Shown here piece by piece: positions 17,481 to 26,377 of a stretch of DNA of 47,829 nt. Position 1 is the first letter of the stretch; the number at the start of each line of letters is the position of its first letter. The translations under genes were made by a program, and so were the position numbers. Source of the DNA: Pseudomonadota bacterium (GTDB lineage Bacteria > Pseudomonadota > Alphaproteobacteria > Rhizobiales > Methyloligellaceae); assembly GCA_046723315.1 (NCBI GenBank), contig JBKOUI010000046.1, forward strand, positions 1 through 47,829, read 5' to 3'. The notes under the pieces were generated by a model. The model saw nothing but the letters and a program-made list of their open reading frames with translations. It had not been told where the DNA came from and made no database searches.

Positions 17481-20036
17481 GTGAGCGTGACTGCAAGCCT
17501 GGCGTTAGAGCCGCAGGTTTCGCTGCCAGAGCCGTTTGCCGGCTGGTTCCGCGCACGTGGCTGGCGTCCGCACGCCCATCAACTCGACCTTCTTGAAAAG
17601 GTGACAGCGGGCCGCGACGCGCTTCTCATCGCGCCTACCGGCGGCGGCAAGACGCTGGCAGGGTTCCTGCCGACCCTCGTCGACTTAGCGCGCCGTGGTG
17701 CTAAACCGAAGCTTGCCACGAGGCCGGCGATCCACACGCTCTATGTCTCGCCGCTCAAGGCGCTTGCCGTCGATATCGCGCGCAACCTTGCCACGCCGAT
17801 CGAGGAGATGGGCTTGCCTATCAGCCTCGAGACGCGCACCGGCGATACGCCGCCTTCGCGCCGCGCCCGCCAGCGCATCTCGCCGCCGCAAATCCTGCTC
17901 ACCACACCCGAGCAGATCGCTCTCATGCTGTCGCATCAAGGCGCTGCCGAGCTGCTCGCCTCACTCAAGATCGTGATCCTCGACGAATTGCATGCGCTCG
18001 CGTCGAGCAAGCGCGGCGACCTTCTCGCGCTCGACCTCGCGCGACTGCGCACCTATTCGCCCAAGCTCACGGCCGTCGGTCTCTCGGCCACGGTGGCGCG
18101 GCCTTACGAGCTTGCCGCCTACCTTGTGCCGCACAAGGGCCAAACCGCCACGCGACTCGCTGAGGTCGTAACAGCGCAAGAGGGAGCCAAGGCCGACATC
18201 TCCATCCTCAAATCCGAGGCCGAGCTTCGTTGGGCAGGCCATTCGGCGCGCTATGCGCTGCCGGAAATCTACGAGGCGATCAAGTCGCACCGCATGTCGC
18301 TGATGTTCGTCAACACGCGCTCCCAGGCGGAGATGCTGTTTCATGAGCTGTGGCGCCACAACGATGCGAACCTTCCGATCGCTCTGCATCATGGCTCGCT
18401 CGATGTTGGACAGCGTCGCAAAGTCGAGGCAGCCATGGTGGCAGGAAAGCTCCGCGCCGTGGTCTGCACTTCAACACTCGATCTTGGCATCGACTGGGGG
18501 GATGTCGATCTCGTCATCAATGTTGGCGCGCCGAAAGGCGCGAGCCGTCTCGCCCAGCGCATCGGCCGCGCCAATCACAGACTTGACGAGCCTTCGAAGG
18601 CGCTGTTGGTGCCGGCCAACCGCTTCGAGGTGGTCGAGTGCCAGGCGGCGCTCGAAGCGGCAGAAGAGGGGGCACAAGACACGCCGTTGTCACGGCCCGG
18701 CGCGCTTGATGTGCTCGCCCAGCATGTGCTCGGCACCGCCTGCGCCGCACTCTTTGATCCGGATGAACTCTACCACGAGGTGGTAAGTGCCTCGCCTTAT
18801 CAGGGACTCACCCGCGAAGGGTTTGACAAGGTGGTGGAGTTCGTTGCGACCGGCGGCTACGCGCTCGCGAATTACGAGCGCTACGCGAAGCTGAAGCGCA
18901 ATCCTGAAGGCAGGTATCGCCTCGCCCATCCCCGCATCGCCCAGCAATATCGCCTCAATGTCGGAACCATTGTCGAGGCGCCAATGGTTCGCGTGCGGCT
19001 CGCCCGCCTCAAAGGCGGGATGCTGGCTTCCAAGAGCCTTCCCGCTCCCGGCCGCGTGCTCGGCGAGGTCGAAGAATATTTCATCGAGCAGCTCACGCCC
19101 GGCGACAGCTTCGTGTTCGCCGGCGAGATCCTGAGATTCGAAGGCTTGCGCGAGCTTGACGCCATCGTCACTCGCGCCCACGCGACCGAGCCCAAGGTGC
19201 CTGCGTATGAAGGCGGCAAGTTTCCGCTCTCGACTTATTTGGCCGAGCGAGTGCGCCGCCTGCTCGCCGAGCCGGGATCTTGGTCGCGGTTCCCCGATCA
19301 GGTCTCCGACTGGCTTCGCTTCCAGGCAGACGTTTCAGTGGTACCTGGCTCTGATGAGATCCTGATCGAGACCTTCCCGCGCGGAAACAGAAACTATCTC
19401 GTCTGCTATCCATTCGAAGGCCGTCTCGCCCATCAGAGCCTCGGCATGCTGCTCACGCGGCGGCTCGAGCGCACCCGCGCCGCCCCGCTTGGTTTCGTCG
19501 CCAACGAATATGCGCTGGCCATCTGGGCCCTCAACGACATGGGCGAGATGGCCACGTCCGGGCGTCTCGACCTAGCCAAACTGTTCGACGAAGACATGCT
19601 TGGCGATGACCTCGATGCCTGGCTGGCAGAGTCGAGTCTGATGAAGCGCTCCTTCCGCGTCTGCGCCATCATCTCGGGGCTGATCGAGCGACGTCACCCA
19701 GGGCAGGAGAAGACCGGACGCCAGATGACCGTGTCCTCCGATCTGATTTACGACGTGCTCCGCCAGCACGAACCCGATCACATTCTTCTTCGTGCCGCAT
19801 TCGCCGATGCGGCAACTGGACTCATCGATGTCGGACGCCTTAACCAATTCTTGCAACGCATTCACGGACGAATCAGGCATATTGCGCTAGGCCAAGTTTC
19901 GCCGCTTGCAGTGCCCGTCATGCTGGAGATCGGACGCGAGCGCGTCCCGGGAGATGCGGGCGAGACCTTGTTGCGTGAGACGGTTGAAGAGCTCATCGCG
20001 GAGGCCTTAAGCGGACATGCTCATCGCAAAGCTTGA
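17481..20036 (+). CDS. Ligase-associated DNA damage response DEXH-box helicase (Lhr-core)
   Basis: APTGGGKT, SPLKALAVD, DELH, SAT, HHGSL, QRIGRANH; adjacent to PdeM. Confidence 0.93.
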   Translation: MSVTASLALEPQVSLPEPFAGWFRARGWRPHAHQLDLLEKVTAGRDALLIAPTGGGKTLAGFLPTLVDLARRGAKPKLATRPAIHTLYVSPLKALAVDIARNLATPIEEMGLPISLETRTGDTPPSRRARQRISPPQILLTTPEQIALMLSHQGAAELLASLKIVILDELHALASSKRGDLLALDLARLRTYSPKLTAVGLSATVARPYELAAYLVPHKGQTATRLAEVVTAQEGAKADISILKSEAELRWAGHSARYALPEIYEAIKSHRMSLMFVNTRSQAEMLFHELWRHNDANLPIALHHGSLDVGQRRKVEAAMVAGKLRAVVCTSTLDLGIDWGDVDLVINVGAPKGASRLAQRIGRANHRLDEPSKALLVPANRFEVVECQAALEAAEEGAQDTPLSRPGALDVLAQHVLGTACAALFDPDELYHEVVSASPYQGLTREGFDKVVEFVATGGYALANYERYAKLKRNPEGRYRLAHPRIAQQYRLNVGTIVEAPMVRVRLARLKGGMLASKSLPAPGRVLGEVEEYFIEQLTPGDSFVFAGEILRFEGLRELDAIVTRAHATEPKVPAYEGGKFPLSTYLAERVRRLLAEPGSWSRFPDQVSDWLRFQADVSVVPGSDEILIETFPRGNRNYLVCYPFEGRLAHQSLGMLLTRRLERTRAAPLGFVANEYALAIWALNDMGEMATSGRLDLAKLFDEDMLGDDLDAWLAESSLMKRSFRVCAIISGLIERRHPGQEKTGRQMTVSSDLIYDVLRQHEPDHILLRAAFADAATGLIDVGRLNQFLQRIHGRIRHIALGQVSPLAVPVMLEIGRERVPGDAGETLLRETVEELIAEALSGHAHRKA

Positions 20037-20742
20037 TCTAATGCCTGAAAGTGCTCCCTCGTTGCGTTCGCATGTCCTCGTCGCAAACCACGAGATGAGG
20101 CCGCTCGCCGCCGGCGCGCTCTATTGGGAAGCCGAGGACACTCTCCTCGTTGCTGATCTTCATCTCGAGAAAGGCGCGGCCTTTGCCGCGCTTGGCATGC
20201 TGCTTCCCCCTTACGACACCCGCACCACGCTCGAACGGCTGCACAAGGTGATCCGCGCGGTTGAGCCGTCGCGCGTGGTTGCGCTCGGCGATAGCTTCCA
20301 TCGCAGCCATTTGGCGGAGAGCCTCGCCGAGGATGATCTCGCCATGCTGAGGCGGCTGCAACAGGATCGTGAGTGGTACTGGATCTGCGGCAATCACGAT
20401 CCGCATCTGCCTTCGTGCGTGGGTGGCACCGTTTGCACCACACTCACCATTTGCGGCATTACACTGCGACATGAGCCGTCTGAGCACGGTTCGGGCCGCG
20501 AGATTGCGGGTCACCTACACCCGGTCGCCCGTATTGCGCGGCGCGGAACGGTGATCAGGCGGCGCTGCTTTGCCACCGATGGCAACAGGTTGGTGATGCC
20601 GGCCTTCGGCGCCTATGCCGGCGGGCTCAATGTGCTCGAGGGGGCATTCGGCACGCTGTTTATGCGCAACCGGCTGGAAGCTTGGATGATGGGACGCGCC
20701 GACGTCTATCCGGTGCTCGGCAGCCTGTTGCTTCCGGACTAG
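20017..20742 (+). CDS. pdeM: Ligase-associated DNA damage response metallophosphoesterase/endonuclease PdeM
   Basis: ADLHLEK, LPPYDT, GDSFH, GNHD, GHLHP, MPAFGAYAGGLNV. Confidence 0.9.
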   Translation: MLIAKLDLMPESAPSLRSHVLVANHEMRPLAAGALYWEAEDTLLVADLHLEKGAAFAALGMLLPPYDTRTTLERLHKVIRAVEPSRVVALGDSFHRSHLAESLAEDDLAMLRRLQQDREWYWICGNHDPHLPSCVGGTVCTTLTICGITLRHEPSEHGSGREIAGHLHPVARIARRGTVIRRRCFATDGNRLVMPAFGAYAGGLNVLEGAFGTLFMRNRLEAWMMGRADVYPVLGSLLLPD

Positions 20743-20748
20743 CACACC

Positions 20749-21531
20749 CTATTCGCGGCGGAACGCAATCCACCCGATCAGGCCGGCAATGACCGCCAAA
20801 ACGACTCCGAACAGCCCATAGATGAAGGGATATCTGAAGGCGAGCAAATAGACGAAACGTTCGAAGCCGACCTTATTCACTTTCAATGTGCTCTGGTTCT
20901 TGCTCACGACAACACCGTCGCGAAAGAGATAAACGTCGGCGGTATAGCGGCCGATCGGCACGTTCACCGGCAGATCGACTGAAGCGCGAAACAGGCTGCG
21001 CCCGATAAAGGCAACTCCGTCATCTTGCTCCTGAAATAGCCGCTGCGTTTCTTTGAGGTCGATGACCGCCGAGCGGAAGCTCTGGTCGTCGGAGTCCCAC
21101 TTGCCTCTCCTGCCGAAATCGAGATTGCCAAGACCAATGCCAAGCGACTCCAGTGTCTCCTCAGAGGTAATTGCCCGCAAAGGCCTCGTCGAAAGCACCG
21201 CATAAAATCCAGGCACGTCAGGAAAAGTCTTGCCAGGACCGTTCACCCAGATTCCTGCTATGCGTTGTTTGCGGCGGGTGACAAGGGCCTGCCCCGGCGC
21301 ACGGATGACCACGATCACGTCATAGGCGCCGGTTTCCGGACCTTGCCTAGCGCTGAAATCGATGCTGCCGAAAATGAGGATCTCGATTCCGGCGAAGTTC
21401 GACTTGATGGCGATTTCTCGCGTGGAGATATCGGACACCACCTCGTCGGAGGGAGGAGCCTTCGCCGCATGAGCTGGCGCTGCCGCCAACGCGATGAGAA
21501 GCACGATGAGGCTGAGTAGAGGCCGCATCAT
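20749..21531 (-). CDS. TIGR02186 family membrane protein
   Basis: Signal peptide, IAIKSNFAG.EILIFG, RRKQRIAGIWVN, LFRASVDLPVNVPIG, C-terminal TM; coupled to tauE. Confidence 0.88.
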   Translation of the reverse strand: MMRPLLSLIVLLIALAAAPAHAAKAPPSDEVVSDISTREIAIKSNFAGIEILIFGSIDFSARQGPETGAYDVIVVIRAPGQALVTRRKQRIAGIWVNGPGKTFPDVPGFYAVLSTRPLRAITSEETLESLGIGLGNLDFGRRGKWDSDDQSFRSAVIDLKETQRLFQEQDDGVAFIGRSLFRASVDLPVNVPIGRYTADVYLFRDGVVVSKNQSTLKVNKVGFERFVYLLAFRYPFIYGLFGVVLAVIAGLIGWIAFRRE

Positions 21532-22457
21532 GCGCCCTTGAGCACCGGCGTGATAGTGTAGAGATCCTCGGGCTTGAGCACGAGATCGAAGAACAAGCGG
21601 ATGGCGACCCCGAGCACGAGGAGGGCAAGCAGGGCTCTCAGCTGTTCGCCCCTGAGCTTCTGTCCGGCTTTGACGCCGAACTGTCCGCCCATCACGCCGC
21701 CGGCGGCGAGCATCAGCGCGAGCACGACGTCGAGCGAGTGGTTGAAGCTCGCATGCAGGATGGTGACGAGCGCGGTGACGAAGATGATCTGAAAGGTCGA
21801 GGTGCCGATCACGATATTGGTTGGCATGCGCAAGAGATAGATCATCGCCGGCACCATGATGAAGCCGCCGCCGACGCCGAGGAATGCGGTGAGCAGGCCA
21901 ACCACCCAGCCGATCACGAGTGGCGGGATCGCGCTGATATAGAGCCGTGAGCGCGGAAAGCGCATTTTCAGAGGCAAGCCGTGCACCCAATTATGCTGTC
22001 CGGGCTTGCGGCCGCTCGCCTGCCTGCCGGCGCGGGCCCGCCTGATGGCGCGGATGCTTTCGGCGAGCATGAGCCCGCCGATGGTGCCGAGCAGGGCGAC
22101 ATAGGTGAGCGAGATGACAACCCCTGCCTGCCCGGCCTCGCGCAGCATTTTGAGGATGAAAACGCCGACCAGCGCGCCGGCCACGCCGCCCGCGATCAGC
22201 ACGGCGCCCATGCGGAAGTCGATATTGTTACGCCGCCACTGGGCGAGTGCGCCGGAGACCGAGGTGGCGACGATTTGATTGGCGCCGGTCGCCACGGCGA
22301 TCGGGGCCGCGATGCCGGAGAAAATGAGGAAGGGTGTGAGCAGGAAGCCGCCGCCAACCCCGAACATGCCTGACAGGAAGCCTACCGCCGCCCCGAGCGC
22401 CAGCATGATCAGAAGGTTCACTGACATCTCGGCAATGGGCAGGTAGATCTGGAACAT
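21528..22457 (-). CDS. Sulfite exporter TauE/SafE family protein
   Basis: IYLPIAEMSVN, GMFGVGGGFLLTP, GVGGGFIMVPAM..GTS. Confidence 0.92.
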   Translation of the reverse strand: MFQIYLPIAEMSVNLLIMLALGAAVGFLSGMFGVGGGFLLTPFLIFSGIAAPIAVATGANQIVATSVSGALAQWRRNNIDFRMGAVLIAGGVAGALVGVFILKMLREAGQAGVVISLTYVALLGTIGGLMLAESIRAIRRARAGRQASGRKPGQHNWVHGLPLKMRFPRSRLYISAIPPLVIGWVVGLLTAFLGVGGGFIMVPAMIYLLRMPTNIVIGTSTFQIIFVTALVTILHASFNHSLDVVLALMLAAGGVMGGQFGVKAGQKLRGEQLRALLALLVLGVAIRLFFDLVLKPEDLYTITPVLKGA

Positions 22458-22474
22458 CGGCTGGCCGTCGGGAA

Positions 22475-22558
22475 ACGGAGATCGGAAATCAGAAACCAGA
22501 AATCGGAAGCCCTTACCACAGGCTTCTGACTTTCCGATTGTTGAGTTCCGAATTCTGA
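22475..22558. repeat. Intergenic hairpin built from inverted heptamer repeats (copy 2)
   Basis: ACGGAGA TCGGAAA TCAGAAA CCAGAAA TCGGAAG on the left arm; CTTCTGA (C)TTTCCGA TTGTTGA GTTCCGA ATTCTGA on the right. Confidence 0.7.
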
Positions 22559-24763
22559 CTAGCTGGCGAGCCGCTCGAGCAGCGTGACAAGCTGAATCGT
22601 CACCTTGCCGGTCTCTTGAAGGCCGTTGTTCCGCTCGAAGCCTGCGATGGCCTGGCGCGTGCGGGCATTCATCTCCCCATCGACCAAGCCGACGTTATAG
22701 CCGAGCTTGTTGAGCAGTTCTTGCGCCCGGGCGATCAGCGCGGGGTTGGTGGCTTCAGGCGCATCGGCCGGGTCCACGGAGGGGCCTGGCAACGCCTCTG
22801 CCGGGTCGGTCGCAGGGCTGCTGGGATCCTCGACCGAGAAGACAATGCCAGGCGGGAGAGATACCTCGTCGCCTTGACCAAGTGCGCCAGGCTCAACCGC
22901 GTCCCCGGTCCCGGCCGGCGCTGGTCCGTAAGATGACTTGGTGACCTCGGTGAAATTCCCGGTCTCGCTGTCATTCGCCGCGTTCTTATCGGGATCGCCT
23001 TGCGGTTGCGGCAGGGGTGCCGAGGACTCGGATTGGGCAGGCGGAGTTTCCGACGCCGGAGCGCTCTGCTCGATGACTGGCGGGAGGATTGCCGGCTCAG
23101 GTTTCGACTGCAGGCGCTGGTAGAGTAACGCCGCGCTGATCGCAAGCAAGATGGCGGCCGCAACGATGAGCAGCGACCGCTTCTGCATCAGAGGGCGATC
23201 GGGCGCGACCGCGGACTGGCTCAAGCCGGCAGAAGCGGCCTTTGCATCCGACGCGCTCGGCCTGTCTTCCGGCTCGCGAGCCTGAGCCGCCCGCCGCGCC
23301 GCAACTATGAGATCGCTTGGCGTCTCGAATTTCTCATCTTGCACTGCGTCGAGCAGCGGGCGCTCCGCTGGGCTGTCGAGGTCAACGGCTTCCTCGGTTG
23401 GCCTCAGCCGCTTGGCGCGCACTAGCGCCGAGGCTGCCTCAGTCTGTTCCATCGCAGGAGCAGCGGGGGTGAGCCTCGTGCGCAACGTCTTGGGCTTGGC
23501 GGACGGTTGGGGAATGCTCCGCGCGCTGGCACTTTCCTTCGCAAGACCTTTGTCGATGCGGAGTTCGGCCAACGGATGGCTGGTCTGCCCCGGCTCGGCA
23601 GGCTCAGCTTCGGTGCGCTCGGCGAAGGCCGCGCGAGGCCTCGGGGGCTGCTGAGCTTGGCTTGCGCCCTTCTCCACCTGTTGCGCGAGCTGCTTCAGCG
23701 AGTCCTGCACTGCCGTGATCGAGTTGGTCAGGCGATCATCGTTCGTGCGTGTCCGGTCGCTCATCGCAATCAAGTCGCGGTGCATGGCATCGAGGCGCTC
23801 GGCAGTGCTCTGTTTAACTTCGGCCGCTGTGAACCGGGCGGCTTCGGCCGCGGCGAGCCGGGCAGCTTGACCAGCAACCCTGCCGATGACCTCCTCGACG
23901 TCGCCCGGCGAAGCGTCAACGCGCGCGATCAGGCCATGCAACTCGCTTTCGATCGGCCCGATGCGTGCGAACTGCTCCTCGGCACGAGCGAGCTTCTGGG
24001 CAAGATCGGAGATCTGGACCTCGAGCGGCTCGAAGCTGGGGAACTTGGGGGTGCGCAGCAGGGCCTGGTTGATCTGATTGCCGATCTCATCGAGCCGCGC
24101 ATTCAGGGCTTCCAGCACTGCCGTGGACATGGTGGTCTCGATCGAGCGCTCGAGCCGGTGCGCCACGTCTATGAGACGCTTGTCGAGGTCGCGGTCTTCG
24201 CTTGCGGAGCTGAATTTCGCGGAGTGCGTCGGCTGCGCCGCATAGGGATGCTCGGGAACCCAATAGCTGAAAGGCGGTTCGGTCCCGACTGGCGTCTCGA
24301 GCAGGGGGCGCGATCCGTAGCGCGAGCTGCCATGCTCGTCCGCGGCGCCCGAGTCCAGGCCGCTTGAGCCGGTGCTGTAATCCATGCCGCCCGACAAAGC
24401 CTTGCCGAGACGCTCGAAGTCATCGAGGGGGCTTGAGGCTTCCTGCTCGAGCCGGCGCGCAAGCTTGCTCACCTGATCGTGCAGGCGGTCGAGCGTTTCG
24501 CTGTCGTCTCTCGCGCTGCTTGCGCGCGCCGTCTCTGTTGTGTGAGACAGTTGATCGAGCCTTGCATGCAGATCGTCGAGCGCCCTGCCATAGCGGCGCT
24601 CGTTCTGCTCGATCCGCGTGATTAGCCGGCGTAGCAAACTCTCGACCGAGTATTGCTCCATGGGGCGCTGCGCAGAGGGGGCACCGCTTGGCCTGCCGGC
24701 GCCGCTCCTTTGCCAACTAGCTTCCGAAACCATCCCGTTCCCCATGGGGAGTGACGCCGCCAC
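22559..24763 (-). CDS. podJ: PodJ-like polar localization protein (coiled coil, TM segment, peptidoglycan-binding domain)
   Basis: Long coiled coils, LIVAARRAAQA motif, single TM, C-terminal AQELLNKLGY.VG.VDG.M..RT.AI..FE PG-binding domain; podJ-tauE-TIGR02186 gene order; start uncertain. Confidence 0.65.
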   Translation of the reverse strand: MAASLPMGNGMVSEASWQRSGAGRPSGAPSAQRPMEQYSVESLLRRLITRIEQNERRYGRALDDLHARLDQLSHTTETARASSARDDSETLDRLHDQVSKLARRLEQEASSPLDDFERLGKALSGGMDYSTGSSGLDSGAADEHGSSRYGSRPLLETPVGTEPPFSYWVPEHPYAAQPTHSAKFSSASEDRDLDKRLIDVAHRLERSIETTMSTAVLEALNARLDEIGNQINQALLRTPKFPSFEPLEVQISDLAQKLARAEEQFARIGPIESELHGLIARVDASPGDVEEVIGRVAGQAARLAAAEAARFTAAEVKQSTAERLDAMHRDLIAMSDRTRTNDDRLTNSITAVQDSLKQLAQQVEKGASQAQQPPRPRAAFAERTEAEPAEPGQTSHPLAELRIDKGLAKESASARSIPQPSAKPKTLRTRLTPAAPAMEQTEAASALVRAKRLRPTEEAVDLDSPAERPLLDAVQDEKFETPSDLIVAARRAAQAREPEDRPSASDAKAASAGLSQSAVAPDRPLMQKRSLLIVAAAILLAISAALLYQRLQSKPEPAILPPVIEQSAPASETPPAQSESSAPLPQPQGDPDKNAANDSETGNFTEVTKSSYGPAPAGTGDAVEPGALGQGDEVSLPPGIVFSVEDPSSPATDPAEALPGPSVDPADAPEATNPALIARAQELLNKLGYNVGLVDGEMNARTRQAIAGFERNNGLQETGKVTIQLVTLLERLAS

Positions 24764-24836
24764 CTCGCGTCCAAACGAGGGACCGGTCGGTCAAGACGCG
24801 CGACGAAGCGGTCAAAATCAACGTGGCAAGTCAGGG

Positions 24837-24851
24837 TAAATTTTGGGTTAA
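24837..24851 (-). promoter_or_regulatory. CtrA-like site upstream of the podJ-like gene
   Basis: TTAA-CCCAAAA-TTTA on the minus strand, one mismatch from TTAA-N7-TTAA. Confidence 0.55.
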
Positions 24852-24938
24852 GCGCCGTCCTATGGCGGGACATGCGGCCCCACTTCCCGGCAGAAGACCT
24901 GCACTTGTCAGCGCTGAGCCGACAGACGACGATGGGCC

Positions 24939-25376
24939 ATGGCCGAGTTCATACAGGCGAGCCATGAGCTGAGCGTGGCGACACACGGCAAAGGCTTCAT
25001 CGAGATCACGCGCGACGTTGCCCGCTGGCTAGAGTCGATCTCGGCCGTAAGCGGCCTACTCACCCTCTTTGTGCGTCACACCTCGGCCTCGCTCACCATC
25101 CAGGAGAACGCAGACCCTAATGTGCGGGTGGACCTGCTCGATGCGCTCGAGCGCCTGGCGCCGGAAAGCCGTGACTATGCCCACCAGGAGGAAGGGCCCG
25201 ACGATATGCCGAGCCACATCAAGGCGATGCTGACGGCGGTCAGCCTGCCGATTCCGGTTAAAGATGGGCACATGGTGCTCGGCACTTGGCAGGGGGTCTA
25301 TTTGATTGAGCACCGCGCCGCGCCGCACCGGCGAAGCATCGCCCTCGACTTCATCGGCCAGGCGAAGAAATCTTGA
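24939..25376 (+). CDS. yjbQ: YjbQ/UPF0047 family (secondary thiamine-phosphate synthase) protein
   Basis: HTSASLTIQENADP, EGPDDMPSHIK, LGTWQGVYLIEHR. Confidence 0.9.
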   Translation: MAEFIQASHELSVATHGKGFIEITRDVARWLESISAVSGLLTLFVRHTSASLTIQENADPNVRVDLLDALERLAPESRDYAHQEEGPDDMPSHIKAMLTAVSLPIPVKDGHMVLGTWQGVYLIEHRAAPHRRSIALDFIGQAKKS

Positions 25377-25382
25377 TCCGGC

Positions 25383-26357
25383 CTATCGCGCGAATTCCTT
25401 CGTCGCCGCCACAAGCTCATGCACAATGCCAGACTCGGTCATGGCATGGCCGGCATCCGGTACCACACGGAGCTTTGCCTCGGGCCAGGCACGGGCAAGG
25501 TCGAAAGCGATCTTGACGGGAGTCACCACGTCATAGCGACCATGCACGATGATGCCGGGAATGCCGCTTAAGCGGTGAGCGTCCTCAATCAATTGATTAT
25601 CGTTCGCGAAAAAGCCGCGGTTGACAAAGTAGTGGCATTCGATGCGCGCGAAGGCGAGGGCGTAGTGGTCCTCGGAGAAACGGCGCACGCGATCGGCGTC
25701 CGGCAACAGCGATAACGTCTTGCCTTCCCACGCGCTCCAGGCCCGCGCCGCTTCGAGCTGCACCGCCGGGTCTGCATGCGTCAGGCGGCGGTGGAAGGCC
25801 GCGATCATATCACCGCGCTCTTCTTCGGGGATGACGCGCACGTAGTCCTCGAAGGCGTCCGGGAACAGCCAGCTCGATCCCTCCTGATAGAACCATTCGA
25901 GCTCCGAACGCCGCAGCGTGAAGATGCCTCTGAGCACGAGCTCAGTCACCCTCTCGGGGTAGGTCTCGGCGTAAGCGAGCGCCAGGGTCGAGCCCCACGA
26001 GCCGCCGAACACTTGCCAGCGCTCGAGACCAAGATGCTCGCGCAGGCGTTCGATGTCATCGACTAGATCCCAAGTGGTATTTTCTTCGAGCGAAGCGTGC
26101 GGCGTCGATCGTCCGCAGCCGCGCTGGTCGAATAGGATGATGCGATAGCTGCGCGGGTCGTGATAGCGCCGCATCACCGGGTTGATGCCGCCTCCCGGCC
26201 CGCCGTGAAGAAGCACTGCCGGCTTGCCCGCAGGTGAGCCGCATTCTTCGAAATAGATCTCGTGCAGATCCGAGACCTTGAGCCTGCCGGTCCGGTAAGG
26301 GACGATCTCAGGATACAGCGTGAGCCGCGTATGCTTGGGCGCAATCTGATGATCCAT
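25383..26357 (-). CDS. pip: Prolyl aminopeptidase
   Basis: HGGPGGG, FDQRGCGRS, GGSWG nucleophile, GRYDVV, DAGH. Confidence 0.95.
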   Translation of the reverse strand: MDHQIAPKHTRLTLYPEIVPYRTGRLKVSDLHEIYFEECGSPAGKPAVLLHGGPGGGINPVMRRYHDPRSYRIILFDQRGCGRSTPHASLEENTTWDLVDDIERLREHLGLERWQVFGGSWGSTLALAYAETYPERVTELVLRGIFTLRRSELEWFYQEGSSWLFPDAFEDYVRVIPEEERGDMIAAFHRRLTHADPAVQLEAARAWSAWEGKTLSLLPDADRVRRFSEDHYALAFARIECHYFVNRGFFANDNQLIEDAHRLSGIPGIIVHGRYDVVTPVKIAFDLARAWPEAKLRVVPDAGHAMTESGIVHELVAATKEFAR

Positions 26358-26377
26358 GGCGTTGCGCTCCGGCAAAC

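Noticed and set aside
21532-21990. N-terminal extension of the TIGR02186 ORF (413 aa in the track)
   Set aside because: Overlaps tauE in another frame; the signal peptide and ATGA coupling place the start at 21531
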